A stretch of 64,000 nt of DNA from Bacteroidales bacterium UBA5371 (GTDB lineage Bacteria; Bacteroidota; Bacteroidia; Bacteroidales; P3). The DNA lies in the NCBI GenBank assembly GCA_002407855.1, contig DHPF01000017.1, forward strand, positions 74,383-138,382, in the 5' to 3' direction. Shown piece by piece: positions 1 through 9,741 of this stretch. Made by a program: the position numbers and the translations under genes. The notes under the pieces are model-generated. The model had not been told where the DNA came from. It saw nothing but the letters and a program-made list of their open reading frames with translations, and made no database searches. How positions within the stretch are numbered: position 1 is the first letter of the stretch; each line of letters starts with the position of its first letter.

Positions 1-252
1 AAATCCAAGGATTGGGTTTAGATAGGCTTCAAAACGAACTCCTGCCGAAAAGTCTCCATTTGTGTAAAGAATATTTGTGAAAGCATTCATAAGAAGTTTC
101 TCTTTCACCTCTTCTGCTCCAATAATGGAATCTTTCTTTGAGGCTTGCAAGTCCATTTGAAAATTACCAGTAACCTTACCTCCAAATATCCCTTGTGCAA
201 AAGAATTGAAAGAAAGAGCAATTAAGAAAATAAGTAATAGTATCTTTTTCAT
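1..252 (-). CDS. hypothetical secreted/outer-membrane protein, N-terminal 84 codons only (gene runs off the window start)
   Basis: ATG on complement at 252-250. Reads MKKILLLIFLIALSFNSFAQ (signal peptide) and stays open to position 1. Absent from the ORF track because it is truncated. Confidence 0.55.
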   Translation of the reverse strand, partial: MKKILLLIFLIALSFNSFAQGIFGGKVTGNFQMDLQASKKDSIIGAEEVKEKLLMNAFTNILYTNGDFSAGVRFEAYLNPILGF

Positions 253-253
253 A

Positions 254-775
254 TTATTTTATTTCTTCTCCTTGTAATACTTGCTTGAATACTTTAATCA
301 AATTATCTTCATCACCAGGAGCGTATCCAACGTGTTGCCAAAGAATTTCTCCTTTTTCGCTAATCAGAAAAGTGTGAGGAGGGTTATTAACTCCTAAGGC
401 ACGTTTGAGTTCTGAGTTTTGGTCTAAGATAACTTCATAATCCCAATCAGAACCATTAACTAATGGTTTAACCTTTGGACAAGTACGAGCGTCATCTATT
501 GAAACAGCATAAATCTTAATTCCTGTTTCCTCTTGCCAACTATCATATAATTCTGCCATTGCATTAAGCTCCATTAGGCAAGGTTTACACCATGTTGCCC
601 AAAAACAAATCACAAATGGCTTACCTTCATTAGAAAACTCCGATGCTTTAATTGTTTTACCATCTAACGTCTTTACAGAAACATTAGGGAGAGTTGCTTT
701 TGAAGAACCTTCTTGTGCAGAAAGAATTCCAAAACTTAATAACAATGCCATAAAGGCAAGGATAATCTTTTTCAT
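254..775 (-). CDS. TlpA/ResA-like thioredoxin-fold thiol:disulfide oxidoreductase (secreted)
   Basis: 173-aa ORF with N-terminal signal peptide and thioredoxin CxxC site WATWCKPC. Confidence 0.85.
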   Translation of the reverse strand: MKKIILAFMALLLSFGILSAQEGSSKATLPNVSVKTLDGKTIKASEFSNEGKPFVICFWATWCKPCLMELNAMAELYDSWQEETGIKIYAVSIDDARTCPKVKPLVNGSDWDYEVILDQNSELKRALGVNNPPHTFLISEKGEILWQHVGYAPGDEDNLIKVFKQVLQGEEIK

Positions 776-840
776 ATTTAGATGTAATTAAATTAAATAA
801 TTAAATTTGTATTCTAATATCTTTTTGATACTCTTATTAT

Positions 841-1815
841 CTAATTAGTTCTTTTAGCCAAAGAATAAAGCAACTCTATCAAACTTGACTTGGTATCACT
901 TTGTGCAAACTGATCAAGCTGTATTTCTGCCAAACGACAAAAACTTAAAACCTTTTCTTCTGCCTTAACATAATATCCCCCTTCATTAATCCTATGTATT
1001 AAAGACAATATTTCTTTCTCTTTCTTACTATCTTGCCCAATAAAATTAAGAATTTTGTTCCTCTCTCTTTCATCCAAATCGTTTAGCATATATATCAAAG
1101 GTAGGGTTATCTTTTTTTCTAAAATATCATTGCCAAATGGTTTTCCGGTATCAAATTCTGGCGAAAGGTCTAATATATCATCTCTGACCTGAAAGGCTAA
1201 GCCCATATAAAAACCAAAAGTTTTCAAGTTATTTATAACTTCTATACTTGCACCTGTGCTACTAATTGCTCCAAGCTCTGCTGAAACCTCTAATAGAGCT
1301 GCTGTTTTCTTTGAAATAACTTTAAAGTACGTTTCTTCGCTATAATCTAACTTCTCGGAGACTTCTTTTTGTAGGAGCTCTCCCAAAGGAAGTTCTCTTC
1401 CAATTTTTGCAAAATATGGTAATAGTTTGAAATCACTTTCTGTTTCCATTATCTCTAAGCATTTCCCATAAAGATAATCTCCAAACAAAATAGCAGTATT
1501 ATTACCCCAAATACTATTTATAGTTGGTTCTCCCCTACGTTGCTGACCTTGGTCAATAACATCATCGTGAATAAGTGAAGCTGTGTGGAGCAGTTCTAAG
1601 ATTAAAGCACATCTAATAGTTTGACTTGTTATGCCACCCGCAAGTTTGGCTGAAAGTAAATTAACAATTGGTCTAATCCTTTTGCCATTCTTATTTAGCA
1701 CATGCTGAGTAATCTCATCAACAAAAAAACCCTCCATTGATATGCTCTCATAGAATCTATTATTGAAAAGATCTAAATACTCTCTTATAGGATATGTTAT
1801 ATTTTTTAAGTCCAT
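841..1815 (-). CDS. ispB: long-chain polyprenyl diphosphate synthase
   Basis: 324-aa ORF with both Asp-rich trans-prenyltransferase motifs (LIHDDVID, FQVRDDILD). Confidence 0.9.
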   Translation of the reverse strand: MDLKNITYPIREYLDLFNNRFYESISMEGFFVDEITQHVLNKNGKRIRPIVNLLSAKLAGGITSQTIRCALILELLHTASLIHDDVIDQGQQRRGEPTINSIWGNNTAILFGDYLYGKCLEIMETESDFKLLPYFAKIGRELPLGELLQKEVSEKLDYSEETYFKVISKKTAALLEVSAELGAISSTGASIEVINNLKTFGFYMGLAFQVRDDILDLSPEFDTGKPFGNDILEKKITLPLIYMLNDLDERERNKILNFIGQDSKKEKEILSLIHRINEGGYYVKAEEKVLSFCRLAEIQLDQFAQSDTKSSLIELLYSLAKRTN

Positions 1816-1834
1816 TTCTTTTTTAATAAACGCA

Positions 1835-1842
1835 CAAAATTA
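1835..1842 (-). promoter_or_regulatory. Bacteroidota -7 promoter box TAATTTTG (TAnnTTTG) upstream of ispB-like gene
   Basis: Plus strand reads CAAAATTA about 20 nt upstream of the start codon at 1815. Confidence 0.5.
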
Positions 1843-1976
1843 CAAGAAATTTTAGATTTACCAATCAAATACCCCTTTTAAATGAGTTTTTGTTGAATTT
1901 TATGGAGCGAATCTTTTGTTGTAATATAATATCTTTTTAATCTAATTTCCTAAGATTTGAGTTGAGTTAAATGAAA

Positions 1977-2030
1977 CTTGATTCTAATTTGCTGAAACTT
2001 GATTCTAAATTTTTAGAATTTAATTCCAAT
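1977..2030. repeat. family-A 21-bp-phased array (core CTTGATTCTAAT), 2 forward cores (1977, 1998) plus a partial inverted copy
   Basis: Direct reading; cores are exactly 21 bp apart, in the divergent intergenic region between ispB and the radical SAM gene. Confidence 0.85.
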
Positions 2031-2309
2031 TGAGCCATGATATACATTGGAATTCAGTTATAAAAGATATATTGGGGTGGTAATAATGTGTATGGGTGTG
2101 GATTTTGAACCCTTTGCCCTGAAAATTAGAAAAATTGGACTATTATTTGAGTTTTATTATCTTGGATTTTACCAATATATAAATTTATTGAGGGTTTCTT
2201 GATATATTGTCCAATTATATTTCTTGCATATTTTTAGGAGGTTAGAATAATTCTTGAAAAGAAATCTTTTTAGAAATAATATAATTTCCATTACTTTGTC
2301 ATCGTTTTT

Positions 2310-3107
2310 ATGGATATTTGCAAAAAATTACGCTATATGTTATTTGACGAAATTATATTTGGCCCCATACATAGCCGAAGGTTAGGCAATTCCTTAGGAA
2401 TTAACCTTTTGCCCTCTCATAAGAAGCTTTGTAATTTTGATTGTGTGTATTGCGAATGTGGTTGGAATAAAGACACAAAAGCTGTTAAAGACACCATTCC
2501 CAACAAAGAAGCAGTAAGAGAAGCACTTCAAAAAAGGCTTATAGAAGCTAAACAAAAGGCTATACAGATTGATTCTATAACTTTTTCAGGAAATGGAGAG
2601 CCTACCTTAAATCCTGAATTTAGTGAGATTATTGATATAGTTATTGAACTAAGAGACCTTTACGCCAAAGAGGCTAAGATTTCTGTTTTGTCTAATGCCA
2701 CTAATCTTTTGAAGGAAGATATATTTAATGCCTTGCATAAGGTTGATAATCCAATCTTAAAGATAGATGGTGGTAGCCAAAAGATGTTTTATGCCATTTC
2801 TAAGGCAAATCCAGAGCTTATAAGCTTTGAAAAGGTTAAGCAAAAACTAATTGAGTTTGGCAATAGGGCAATTATCCAAACTCTTTTGCTAAGAGGGAAA
2901 AACGAAGGTGTTGTTATTGACAACACAACCGAAGAAGAATTTGGCTTATGGCTTGAAATAGTTAAACAGATTAAGCCTCGTTCTGTTATGCTTTATGCAA
3001 TTGATAGGGTTACTCCTGAGAGTAATTTGGAGAAATTGAGCAAGGACGAATTGGAACTTTTTGCACAAAGAGTTAGAGCCTTAGGTATAGAAACTAAAAC
3101 TTATTAA
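2310..3107 (+). CDS. radical SAM protein (function unassigned)
   Basis: 265-aa ORF with CNFDCVYCEC (CxxxCxxC) cluster motif near the N-terminus. ATG at 2337 is an alternative start. Confidence 0.85.
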   Translation: MDICKKLRYMLFDEIIFGPIHSRRLGNSLGINLLPSHKKLCNFDCVYCECGWNKDTKAVKDTIPNKEAVREALQKRLIEAKQKAIQIDSITFSGNGEPTLNPEFSEIIDIVIELRDLYAKEAKISVLSNATNLLKEDIFNALHKVDNPILKIDGGSQKMFYAISKANPELISFEKVKQKLIEFGNRAIIQTLLLRGKNEGVVIDNTTEEEFGLWLEIVKQIKPRSVMLYAIDRVTPESNLEKLSKDELELFAQRVRALGIETKTY

Positions 3108-3114
3108 TTGGCAT

Positions 3115-4257
3115 ATGGTATCGGTTTCAACTACTCGGAAAATAGACTCTGTTTTAACACATAAGTTCTGGGGCTATGTGTTTTTAGCCTTTGTTATTTG
3201 GCTAATGTTTTACACCACATTTTATATTGGTGAATACCCAATGCAATGGATGCAAGCAGGCTTCGATTGGTTAAGTGAAGTTTCTCACAATAACCTTCCA
3301 AATGGATTAATCTCCGATTTAGTGTCTTATGGCATAATTCAAGGCGTTGGGGGTGTTGCAATATTTTTGCCAAACATCATTATACTCTTTTTCTTTATCT
3401 CTTTAATGGAAGCAACTAACTATATGTCAAGAGTGGCTTGGCTTATGGATAACTTAATGCACCGTATTGGATTGCACGGAAAGAGTTTTGTCCCAATGAT
3501 TATGGGATTTGGTTGTAATGTTCCAGCAATTTTGGCAACACGTTCAATTGAGAACAAAAAAGATAGGCTTTTGACAATGCTTATTATTCCTTTTATGTCC
3601 TGCTCTGCAAGATTGCCTGTTTACATTCTTTTGATTGGGACTTTCTTTCCTAAATATCCTGTGCTTGTGCTTTGTATTTTGTATTTGTTTGGTGTTTTGC
3701 TTGCGGTTGTGTTTGCAATTGTGTTCAAAAGAACCATAGCAAAAACTCTTAGTACTGACTATGAAATACTCCTTCCTCAATATAGAATTCCAACTTGGAG
3801 AAGTATTAAACCGGTTATCTGGTTCAACACAAAGGATTATTTAAAAAAGATAGCAGGAATTGTGCTTATTGCATCAATAATCATTTGGTTCTTGTTCAAT
3901 TTCCCTAATCCTCACGAGACAGGTGATAGTTTCATCTCCTATATCGGTAAATTTATCGAACCTATTCTTTTACCTTTGGGCTTTGATTGGAAAATGGGCA
4001 TAGGGCTTTTGGCAGGGGTAAGTGCAAAAGAACTTATTGTTAGCACTCTTAGTGTTTTAGAACCAACGTTTACCGTTGCTTCGGCTGCAAGTTTCTTAGC
4101 CTTTGTATTGGTTTACTTCCCTTGCATTGCCGTTTTTGCTGTGGTTTGGAAAGAAAGCGGAAAACTCCTTTGGGCAATATTCCTTGCTCTTTATACAACT
4201 ATTTTAGCATGGATTTTAGCCTTTATTGTCTATAATATTGCTTTATGGATAGTTTAA
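3115..4257 (+). CDS. FeoB-type ferrous iron permease, membrane domain only (no GTPase domain)
   Basis: 380-aa polytopic ORF colinear with the FeoB transmembrane part (KSFVPMIMGFGCNVPAI, PFMSCSARL, VYFPCIAV). It begins at the point where the FeoB TM region begins. There is no G1-G5 GTPase sequence upstream. Confidence 0.8.
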   Translation: MVSVSTTRKIDSVLTHKFWGYVFLAFVIWLMFYTTFYIGEYPMQWMQAGFDWLSEVSHNNLPNGLISDLVSYGIIQGVGGVAIFLPNIIILFFFISLMEATNYMSRVAWLMDNLMHRIGLHGKSFVPMIMGFGCNVPAILATRSIENKKDRLLTMLIIPFMSCSARLPVYILLIGTFFPKYPVLVLCILYLFGVLLAVVFAIVFKRTIAKTLSTDYEILLPQYRIPTWRSIKPVIWFNTKDYLKKIAGIVLIASIIIWFLFNFPNPHETGDSFISYIGKFIEPILLPLGFDWKMGIGLLAGVSAKELIVSTLSVLEPTFTVASAASFLAFVLVYFPCIAVFAVVWKESGKLLWAIFLALYTTILAWILAFIVYNIALWIV

Positions 4258-4787
4258 AAACTAAAAAAGCTGAGCTTAGAAAAACTATTAAAGCTCTAAA
4301 AACACAATATTCTTTGCAACAAAAGAAAGAAATGTCAAAACCAATCTTTAAGGAGATTGAAGAAAAAGGCTGGTTCAAAAGTTCAAAGATTATATTAATG
4401 TATTGGTCTATGAATGATGAGGTTTTTACTCACGATTTTGTAATGAAATGGTATAAGAAAAAAACCATATTACTTCCTTGCGTTGAAGGGGATATTCTAA
4501 AACTAAGAAGGTTTGAAGGTATGGAGTCAATGCAAAAGGGAGAGGCATTTTCTATTATGGAACCTATTGGAGAAGAATTTATGGACTATGAGGCAATTGA
4601 CTTAATGATAATCCCAGGTGTTGCTTTTGATAAAAAGAATAATCGTTTGGGACGAGGCAGAGGGTTTTACGATAAGCTTCTTTCTCAAACCAATACCTTA
4701 AAAGTTGGCATCTGCTTTGGATTTCAATTCTTTGACACTATCCCAGCAGAAGAGTTCGATATTAAAATGAATTACGTTATAAGATGA
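4245..4787 (+). CDS. 5-formyltetrahydrofolate cyclo-ligase
   Basis: 180-aa ORF with GRGRGFYD signature. Overlaps the neighbouring genes by 13 nt and 4 nt (operon-like). Confidence 0.85.
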   Translation: MDSLKTKKAELRKTIKALKTQYSLQQKKEMSKPIFKEIEEKGWFKSSKIILMYWSMNDEVFTHDFVMKWYKKKTILLPCVEGDILKLRRFEGMESMQKGEAFSIMEPIGEEFMDYEAIDLMIIPGVAFDKKNNRLGRGRGFYDKLLSQTNTLKVGICFGFQFFDTIPAEEFDIKMNYVIR

Positions 4788-6424
4788 AGAAATTACACCT
4801 TTTTTTAATTGCTTGCCTAACTGGAATTTTCTTAGCCTTAGCTTGGCCAACCTTTGGTTTTGCTCCCGTACTCTTTTTTGCCTTTGTACCACTTTTGTGG
4901 GTGGAGAACTATATTGCAGAGCATAAAGATAAATATCCTAAATTTATCGTTTTCAACTATGCTTTCGTTTCTTTCTTTATTTTTAATATAATTACTACAT
5001 ATTGGATTTCTTATGCTACTTTGTTTGGACTATTTGCTCCATTTTTTAATGCGTTTTTAGGTGCCTTTATTTTCCAAGTATATCATTATATAAAAAGAGT
5101 CTTATTTGATAATAAGAAAGGATTTATCTTCCTTCCAATGCTTTGGATTAGCGTTGAGTTTTTGCATCATCACTGGGAACTTACTTGGCCTTGGATGACC
5201 CTTGGTAATGGTTTTTCAACAATGCCTTCTCTTGTGCAATGGTACGAATATACTGGTGTTTTTGGAGGTTCCCTTTGGATTTGGATAAGTAATTATTTTG
5301 TTTATAAAGTTGTGAAGCAAATAAGAATTAATGACACCAAAGGTATACTTAATATAAAAAGCAATAAACTTTTAACAACTAATATATTTAGTTTAGGTTT
5401 AGTTGTTTTGCTTCCAATTATATTGTCTTTGATAATATGGAACAGCTATAAAGACGAACCAAATAAGCCTTTGGACATTGTTGTTGTACAACCAAATTTA
5501 GAGCCTTATGATGAAATGCTTCAGCTATATAATGACGAGATAGTTGATTTGATTATGAACTTAGCCCAACAAAAAACTGACAATAATACAAGCTTTATTC
5601 TGGTTCCCGAAGGTTCTTTGGAGGAAAGAATATGGGAAGATAAGACTAATGAGAACTATAACCTCAGACGCCTAAGCCAATTTGTTGGACAATACGATAA
5701 AGTTCAGCTTATCACAGGTTCATTTACTCGTAAGCTACAATCTGAGGAAGAAAAAGATGAAGCTTCAAGAGAAATTATCAATGCACCTAAGCCCTATTAT
5801 TCTGTTTATAATAGTGCTATTCATATCAAGAAAGAAAATCGTTTTGAGGTATATCACAAATCAAAACTTGTTCCTGGGGTTGAAAGGTTGCCATTTAAGA
5901 AATATATTGGTAAGATTTTGGACTTGGCAATCAAACTTGGCAATCTCCCTGTTGGGACATTGGCTACTGACAATAATCATCAATTATTTGTTTCTGATAG
6001 TTCCAAAGTGAAGATTACAACTCCAATCTGCTATGAATCGGTTTATGGAGAATTTATCGCAATAAGGGTTAGAGAAGGTGCAGGGTTAATTTTTATTATT
6101 ACCAATGACTCATGGTGGAAAGACACACAAGGCTACAAACAACACGCTTCCTATGCTTCTCTTAGAGCCATTGAAACACGCCGTTATATTGCCCGAAGTG
6201 CAAATACTGGGACTTCTTGTTTTATTAATCCAAGAGGAGAGGTAAGTCAAAAAACTAAATTCTGGACAAAGGATGTGATTAAAGCATCTCTTGTTCCACA
6301 AAGCAGAATAACCTTCTACGTAAAATACGGCGACTACATAGCACGCATTTGCCTATTCTCTTCAATAGTTATTCTTATTATAGGAATAGTTTATAAAATT
6401 AAGCTTAGAAATGATAAGAAGTAG
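4784..6424 (+). CDS. lnt: apolipoprotein N-acyltransferase
   Basis: 546 aa with a multi-TM N-terminal half and a CN-hydrolase domain; catalytic Cys in PICYES. Confidence 0.9.
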   Translation: MKKLHLFLIACLTGIFLALAWPTFGFAPVLFFAFVPLLWVENYIAEHKDKYPKFIVFNYAFVSFFIFNIITTYWISYATLFGLFAPFFNAFLGAFIFQVYHYIKRVLFDNKKGFIFLPMLWISVEFLHHHWELTWPWMTLGNGFSTMPSLVQWYEYTGVFGGSLWIWISNYFVYKVVKQIRINDTKGILNIKSNKLLTTNIFSLGLVVLLPIILSLIIWNSYKDEPNKPLDIVVVQPNLEPYDEMLQLYNDEIVDLIMNLAQQKTDNNTSFILVPEGSLEERIWEDKTNENYNLRRLSQFVGQYDKVQLITGSFTRKLQSEEEKDEASREIINAPKPYYSVYNSAIHIKKENRFEVYHKSKLVPGVERLPFKKYIGKILDLAIKLGNLPVGTLATDNNHQLFVSDSSKVKITTPICYESVYGEFIAIRVREGAGLIFIITNDSWWKDTQGYKQHASYASLRAIETRRYIARSANTGTSCFINPRGEVSQKTKFWTKDVIKASLVPQSRITFYVKYGDYIARICLFSSIVILIIGIVYKIKLRNDKK

Positions 6425-6445
6425 AGCGTAATAATCAATTCCCCT

Positions 6446-7030
6446 CTACTTTCCAAACTGATAATGTCCTATTATTTTAAATTCAAATAGGCAGTCTTCA
6501 AGCACTTGACCGTCTCCAATATTGTGGACTATCAGGTATCGCTTTTTATCTGAAGATTTTATCTTTGAAACAATACCAATATGCGTTATTCCTTTGCCTA
6601 AATCCCAACAAACTATATCCCCTGGCTCATAATCATTAGGGTTATATGTTATTTTCTTTACATCTCCATGCCTTGAAAAGAATTTCATAAGATTAGGAAC
6701 TCGTCTATGGTCAATATTCCTATCAGTAGATTTTAATCCCCAATTATTTGGATATTTATTGAAATTAGCTTTCATATCCTCATGAACTAATTTCTGTAAA
6801 TCTATTCCAAGTTTCCTATAAGCCCTAATCACAACATCAGTACAAACTCCCTTATCAGAAGGCACATCTCCATTTGGATATGCTATCACTCTATACGAAG
6901 GGTCGTAAACAACATTTTGCTTTGTAAGAACCAATGCAGAGTCAGCAAGCCTCTGATAAAAACTTATTTGACCTTTTGCGACTCCAAAGGTCAGTAATAA
7001 GATTAGTGTTAGAATGGGTCTCTTAATCAT
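6446..7030 (-). CDS. secreted DUF1287-like protein
   Basis: 194 aa with signal peptide; YDPSY and GVCTDVVIRAYR segments recalled from the DUF1287 family. Confidence 0.65.
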   Translation of the reverse strand: MIKRPILTLILLLTFGVAKGQISFYQRLADSALVLTKQNVVYDPSYRVIAYPNGDVPSDKGVCTDVVIRAYRKLGIDLQKLVHEDMKANFNKYPNNWGLKSTDRNIDHRRVPNLMKFFSRHGDVKKITYNPNDYEPGDIVCWDLGKGITHIGIVSKIKSSDKKRYLIVHNIGDGQVLEDCLFEFKIIGHYQFGK

Positions 7031-7135
7031 ATATTATTTTTTTTACACTTACAAAAATACTATTTTTATTTATTATTCATTCTTTGTAGTTACATATATT
7101 TCTTAATTGAAAAATGATATTCTACTTTATTATTG

Positions 7136-7143
7136 TATTTTTG
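7136..7143 (+). promoter_or_regulatory. -7 promoter box TATTTTTG upstream of YfcC-like transporter gene
   Basis: TAnnTTTG match 36 nt upstream of the ATG at 7179. Confidence 0.5.
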
Positions 7144-7178
7144 TGCGTTGTTTTATTTAAATTTAAATTTTAGAAGAT

Positions 7179-8777
7179 ATGTTTAAGAAAGTTCCTCACA
7201 CTTATGTTATTATTTTTGGCTTGATTGTTCTGGCCGCTATTGCAACTTGGTTTGTGCCTGCGGGAGAATTTTTAAGAGAACCTCAAACTACCGAAAGTGG
7301 AAAAGTAATTAACGGAGTGGTTAGTGGCTCTTATGAAAGGGTGGAGCAAGCTCCGCAAACTTGGCAAATAATGTCGGCTTTCTTTAAGGGGTTTCAAAAG
7401 GCTCCTGCTATAATTGCTTTCCTGCTTATTTTGGGTGGGGCGTTTTGGATTTTGAACGAAACAAAGGCCATTGATATGGGAGTACAATCCTTCTTAAATC
7501 GTAGCAATAAATTAGAAAGGTTTCGTTTCCTTAGATGGATTGGAGTAAATAATCTTATAATTATTCTGATTATGGTTATGTTCTCTGCCTTTGGAGCTAT
7601 ATTCGGAATGAGCGAAGAGACAATTGCTTTTGTGGTTATCTTTGTGCCTCTGGCTATAAGTATGGGTTACGATTCTATTGTGGGAGTTTGTATGTGTTTT
7701 TTAGCAGCAGGATTGGGTTTTGCTGGATGTGTATTGAACCCTTTCACGCTCGGAATTGCACAAGATATTGCAGGAATTAAGATGTTTAGCGGAATAGAGT
7801 ATAGGTTGGTGATGTGGGTTATTATAACAGGGATTGGAATTGCTTATGTTTTGTGGTATGCTAAAAGGGTTAGAAAAAACCCTTCTAAATCTATAATGTA
7901 TGAGGAAGATGAGCATTGGAGAAAAAACCAAAGCTCAGCCGAAAAACTTGTGGCTTCAAAGGCAAACAAAGGAACCTGGCTTTCGTATATTCTTAGCTCT
8001 ATAACTTTGATTGCATATACTATTTACATTGGAATTAATTCAGAAAGCTTCCGTGGAGGGCTTACAACATACATACTGCTTTTAGTTTTAACTCTTCTTT
8101 TTATTCTTGTGGGTTATAAGATGCTCAAAAAATCCATTCAGATGTTTTGTTTGGCAATTCTAATCTTTACTATTATCTATTTGGTTGTGGGAGTTATGGT
8201 TTTTGAATGGGATTTCGTTCATATTGCAGCCCTGTTCTTTGCTATGGCAATACTATCGGGAATAGCTTTGGGCAAAGATGCCTCGGAGATATCCAAACTC
8301 TTTATCGCCGGTGCTAAGGATATGCTTTCGGCTGCCTTGGTTGTGGGATTGGCAAGTGGGATTATAGTGATTTTGGAAGACGGAAAAATTATTGATACCT
8401 TCCTTAACTCTGTTGCAACTTCAATTGATGGCTCTGGAAAGGTTGGAGCTTTGAGTTTGATGTATGGATTCCAGTCTATTTTAAACGCAATCATAACTTC
8501 TGGAACGGCAAAGGCTGCAATGCTTATGCCTATGTTTCGAGAGATAGCAATAATGGTTGATATTCCTTTGCAATCGGCCGTTACGGCGTTTCATATTGGG
8601 GATGGTTTTACTAATTTAATTACTCCTACATCGGGGGTTTTGATTGCTGTTTTGGGCTTAGCCAAAATCCCTTATGCCAAGTGGGTGAAATGGTCTTGGA
8701 AGTTTATTCTGGCAATGGTTATCTTGGGCTGGGCTTTGCTCTTACCAACAGTTCTAATGGAACTCCCAGGGTTTTAG
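7179..8777 (+). CDS. YfcC/DcuC-type anaerobic C4-dicarboxylate/basic amino acid carrier family membrane protein
   Basis: 532-aa polytopic membrane ORF; overall resemblance to the YfcC family by eye. Confidence 0.75.
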   Translation: MFKKVPHTYVIIFGLIVLAAIATWFVPAGEFLREPQTTESGKVINGVVSGSYERVEQAPQTWQIMSAFFKGFQKAPAIIAFLLILGGAFWILNETKAIDMGVQSFLNRSNKLERFRFLRWIGVNNLIIILIMVMFSAFGAIFGMSEETIAFVVIFVPLAISMGYDSIVGVCMCFLAAGLGFAGCVLNPFTLGIAQDIAGIKMFSGIEYRLVMWVIITGIGIAYVLWYAKRVRKNPSKSIMYEEDEHWRKNQSSAEKLVASKANKGTWLSYILSSITLIAYTIYIGINSESFRGGLTTYILLLVLTLLFILVGYKMLKKSIQMFCLAILIFTIIYLVVGVMVFEWDFVHIAALFFAMAILSGIALGKDASEISKLFIAGAKDMLSAALVVGLASGIIVILEDGKIIDTFLNSVATSIDGSGKVGALSLMYGFQSILNAIITSGTAKAAMLMPMFREIAIMVDIPLQSAVTAFHIGDGFTNLITPTSGVLIAVLGLAKIPYAKWVKWSWKFILAMVILGWALLLPTVLMELPGF

Positions 8778-8899
8778 AATAGGATTTAGAGAAACTCAAA
8801 TCAAGTTCTAAAAAATTAAAGTCAAGTTTTAAAAATTTAGAATCAAGTTCCAAGAAATTAGAATCAAGTTCCAAGAAATTATAATCAAATACTAATTTA
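8774..8899. repeat. family-A array, 6 reverse-orientation units (TTAGAATCAAG-type) at 8774, 8795, 8816, 8837, 8858, 8879
   Basis: Exact 21-bp spacing. The first unit contains the TAG stop of the YfcC-like gene. Confidence 0.9.
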
Positions 8900-8950
8900 G
8901 CTTTAAAGTAAGTTTTAGACCTAAAACTTTGCATATCAAAATTTAAATTG

Positions 8951-8958
8951 TATATTTG
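8951..8958 (+). promoter_or_regulatory. -7 promoter box TATATTTG upstream of small lipoprotein gene
   Basis: TAnnTTTG match 29 nt upstream of the ATG at 8987. Confidence 0.5.
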
Positions 8959-8986
8959 CCGCATAATAACCTATAAAAAGAACATT

Positions 8987-9397
8987 ATGAAGAAAAAAGT
9001 TTTATTTGTATTGGTAGCCACAATAGGACTTACCGCAGCATTTGTTTCTTGTAAGGAAGATACAAATGATGGATTGACCAGCATAATAACAAATTACACC
9101 GAATGCTCAGACGCTCAAAAGAAAGTAGTTTTAGAGCCCTCTATGACCTATAATGTTATTGGGAATACATTATTTATTAATAGGGAAAACATATGGCGTA
9201 ATTGTTTTACCGATTCAATAACAATTAGTTCAAACATTCAAAACGGCGTTTTAAATATCCAAGAAATTGAACCTATTAATGTGTATAACTGCATTTGTCA
9301 AAGGAATCTGTCATATAATATTAGCAATATTCCACAAGGAAACTTCACCGTGATAATCCAGCCCGGGTTTGACACTTTATATATTCATATTCCATAA
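8987..9397 (+). CDS. small Cys-containing lipoprotein, hypothetical
   Basis: ATG at 8987 gives MKKKVLFVLVATIGLTAAFVSC (lipobox). The track start at 8948 is a TTG next to the promoter box. Confidence 0.6.
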   Translation: MKKKVLFVLVATIGLTAAFVSCKEDTNDGLTSIITNYTECSDAQKKVVLEPSMTYNVIGNTLFINRENIWRNCFTDSITISSNIQNGVLNIQEIEPINVYNCICQRNLSYNISNIPQGNFTVIIQPGFDTLYIHIP

Positions 9398-9468
9398 GTT
9401 CAAGATATTTCAAAGAGTATATTTCAATGCTTAATTTGATGGGGAAAAATTTTAAACCCTCAAAAAAA

Positions 9469-9665
9469 GTCCCAATGCCTATTGAAAAGAACCCCAATGC
9501 CTATTGAAATTTTTTCTAAGGCCGTTTAAAATATTTCTAACGGCGTTGAAGAGAGTTCCAATGCTCGTTGAAAAAAATCCAAACGCCTGTTGAAATAAAT
9601 TTCAATAGGCATTGAAAATAATTCTGATAGGCATTGGGATTATTTTCAATAGGCATTAGAATTTT
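9469..9665. repeat. family-B 22-bp-phased array (core CAATGCCTATTGAAA): about 6 forward then 3 reverse units
   Basis: Two near-perfect units at 9469 and 9491, decayed units to 9599, a palindromic junction TTGAAATAAATTTCAA, then TTTCAATAGGCATT copies at 9600, 9622, 9644. Confidence 0.85.
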
Positions 9666-9741
9666 TTTCTGGGGATTGCACATACTTAAAATTGGATAAA
9701 GGGATATAAAGTGTTAGAATTGAAGGGTTTTATCAAGCTTT

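Noticed and set aside
8719-8964. ORFs running through family-A arrays translate as neat heptads (LDSNFLE / FDSNLLK), as in 8719-8964(-) and 35734-35979(+). The variable linker often changes between Leu/Phe codons (CTA, TTA, CTG, TTG), which looks like synonymous variation.
   Set aside because: In the LDSN frame the other arrays (for example 24545-24625) have no ATG start. Arrays occur in both orientations, sometimes within one locus. These ORFs overlap real gene ends. The pattern is also expected from a T-rich linker (TTN YTN). I treat them as non-coding, though ribosome profiling would settle it.
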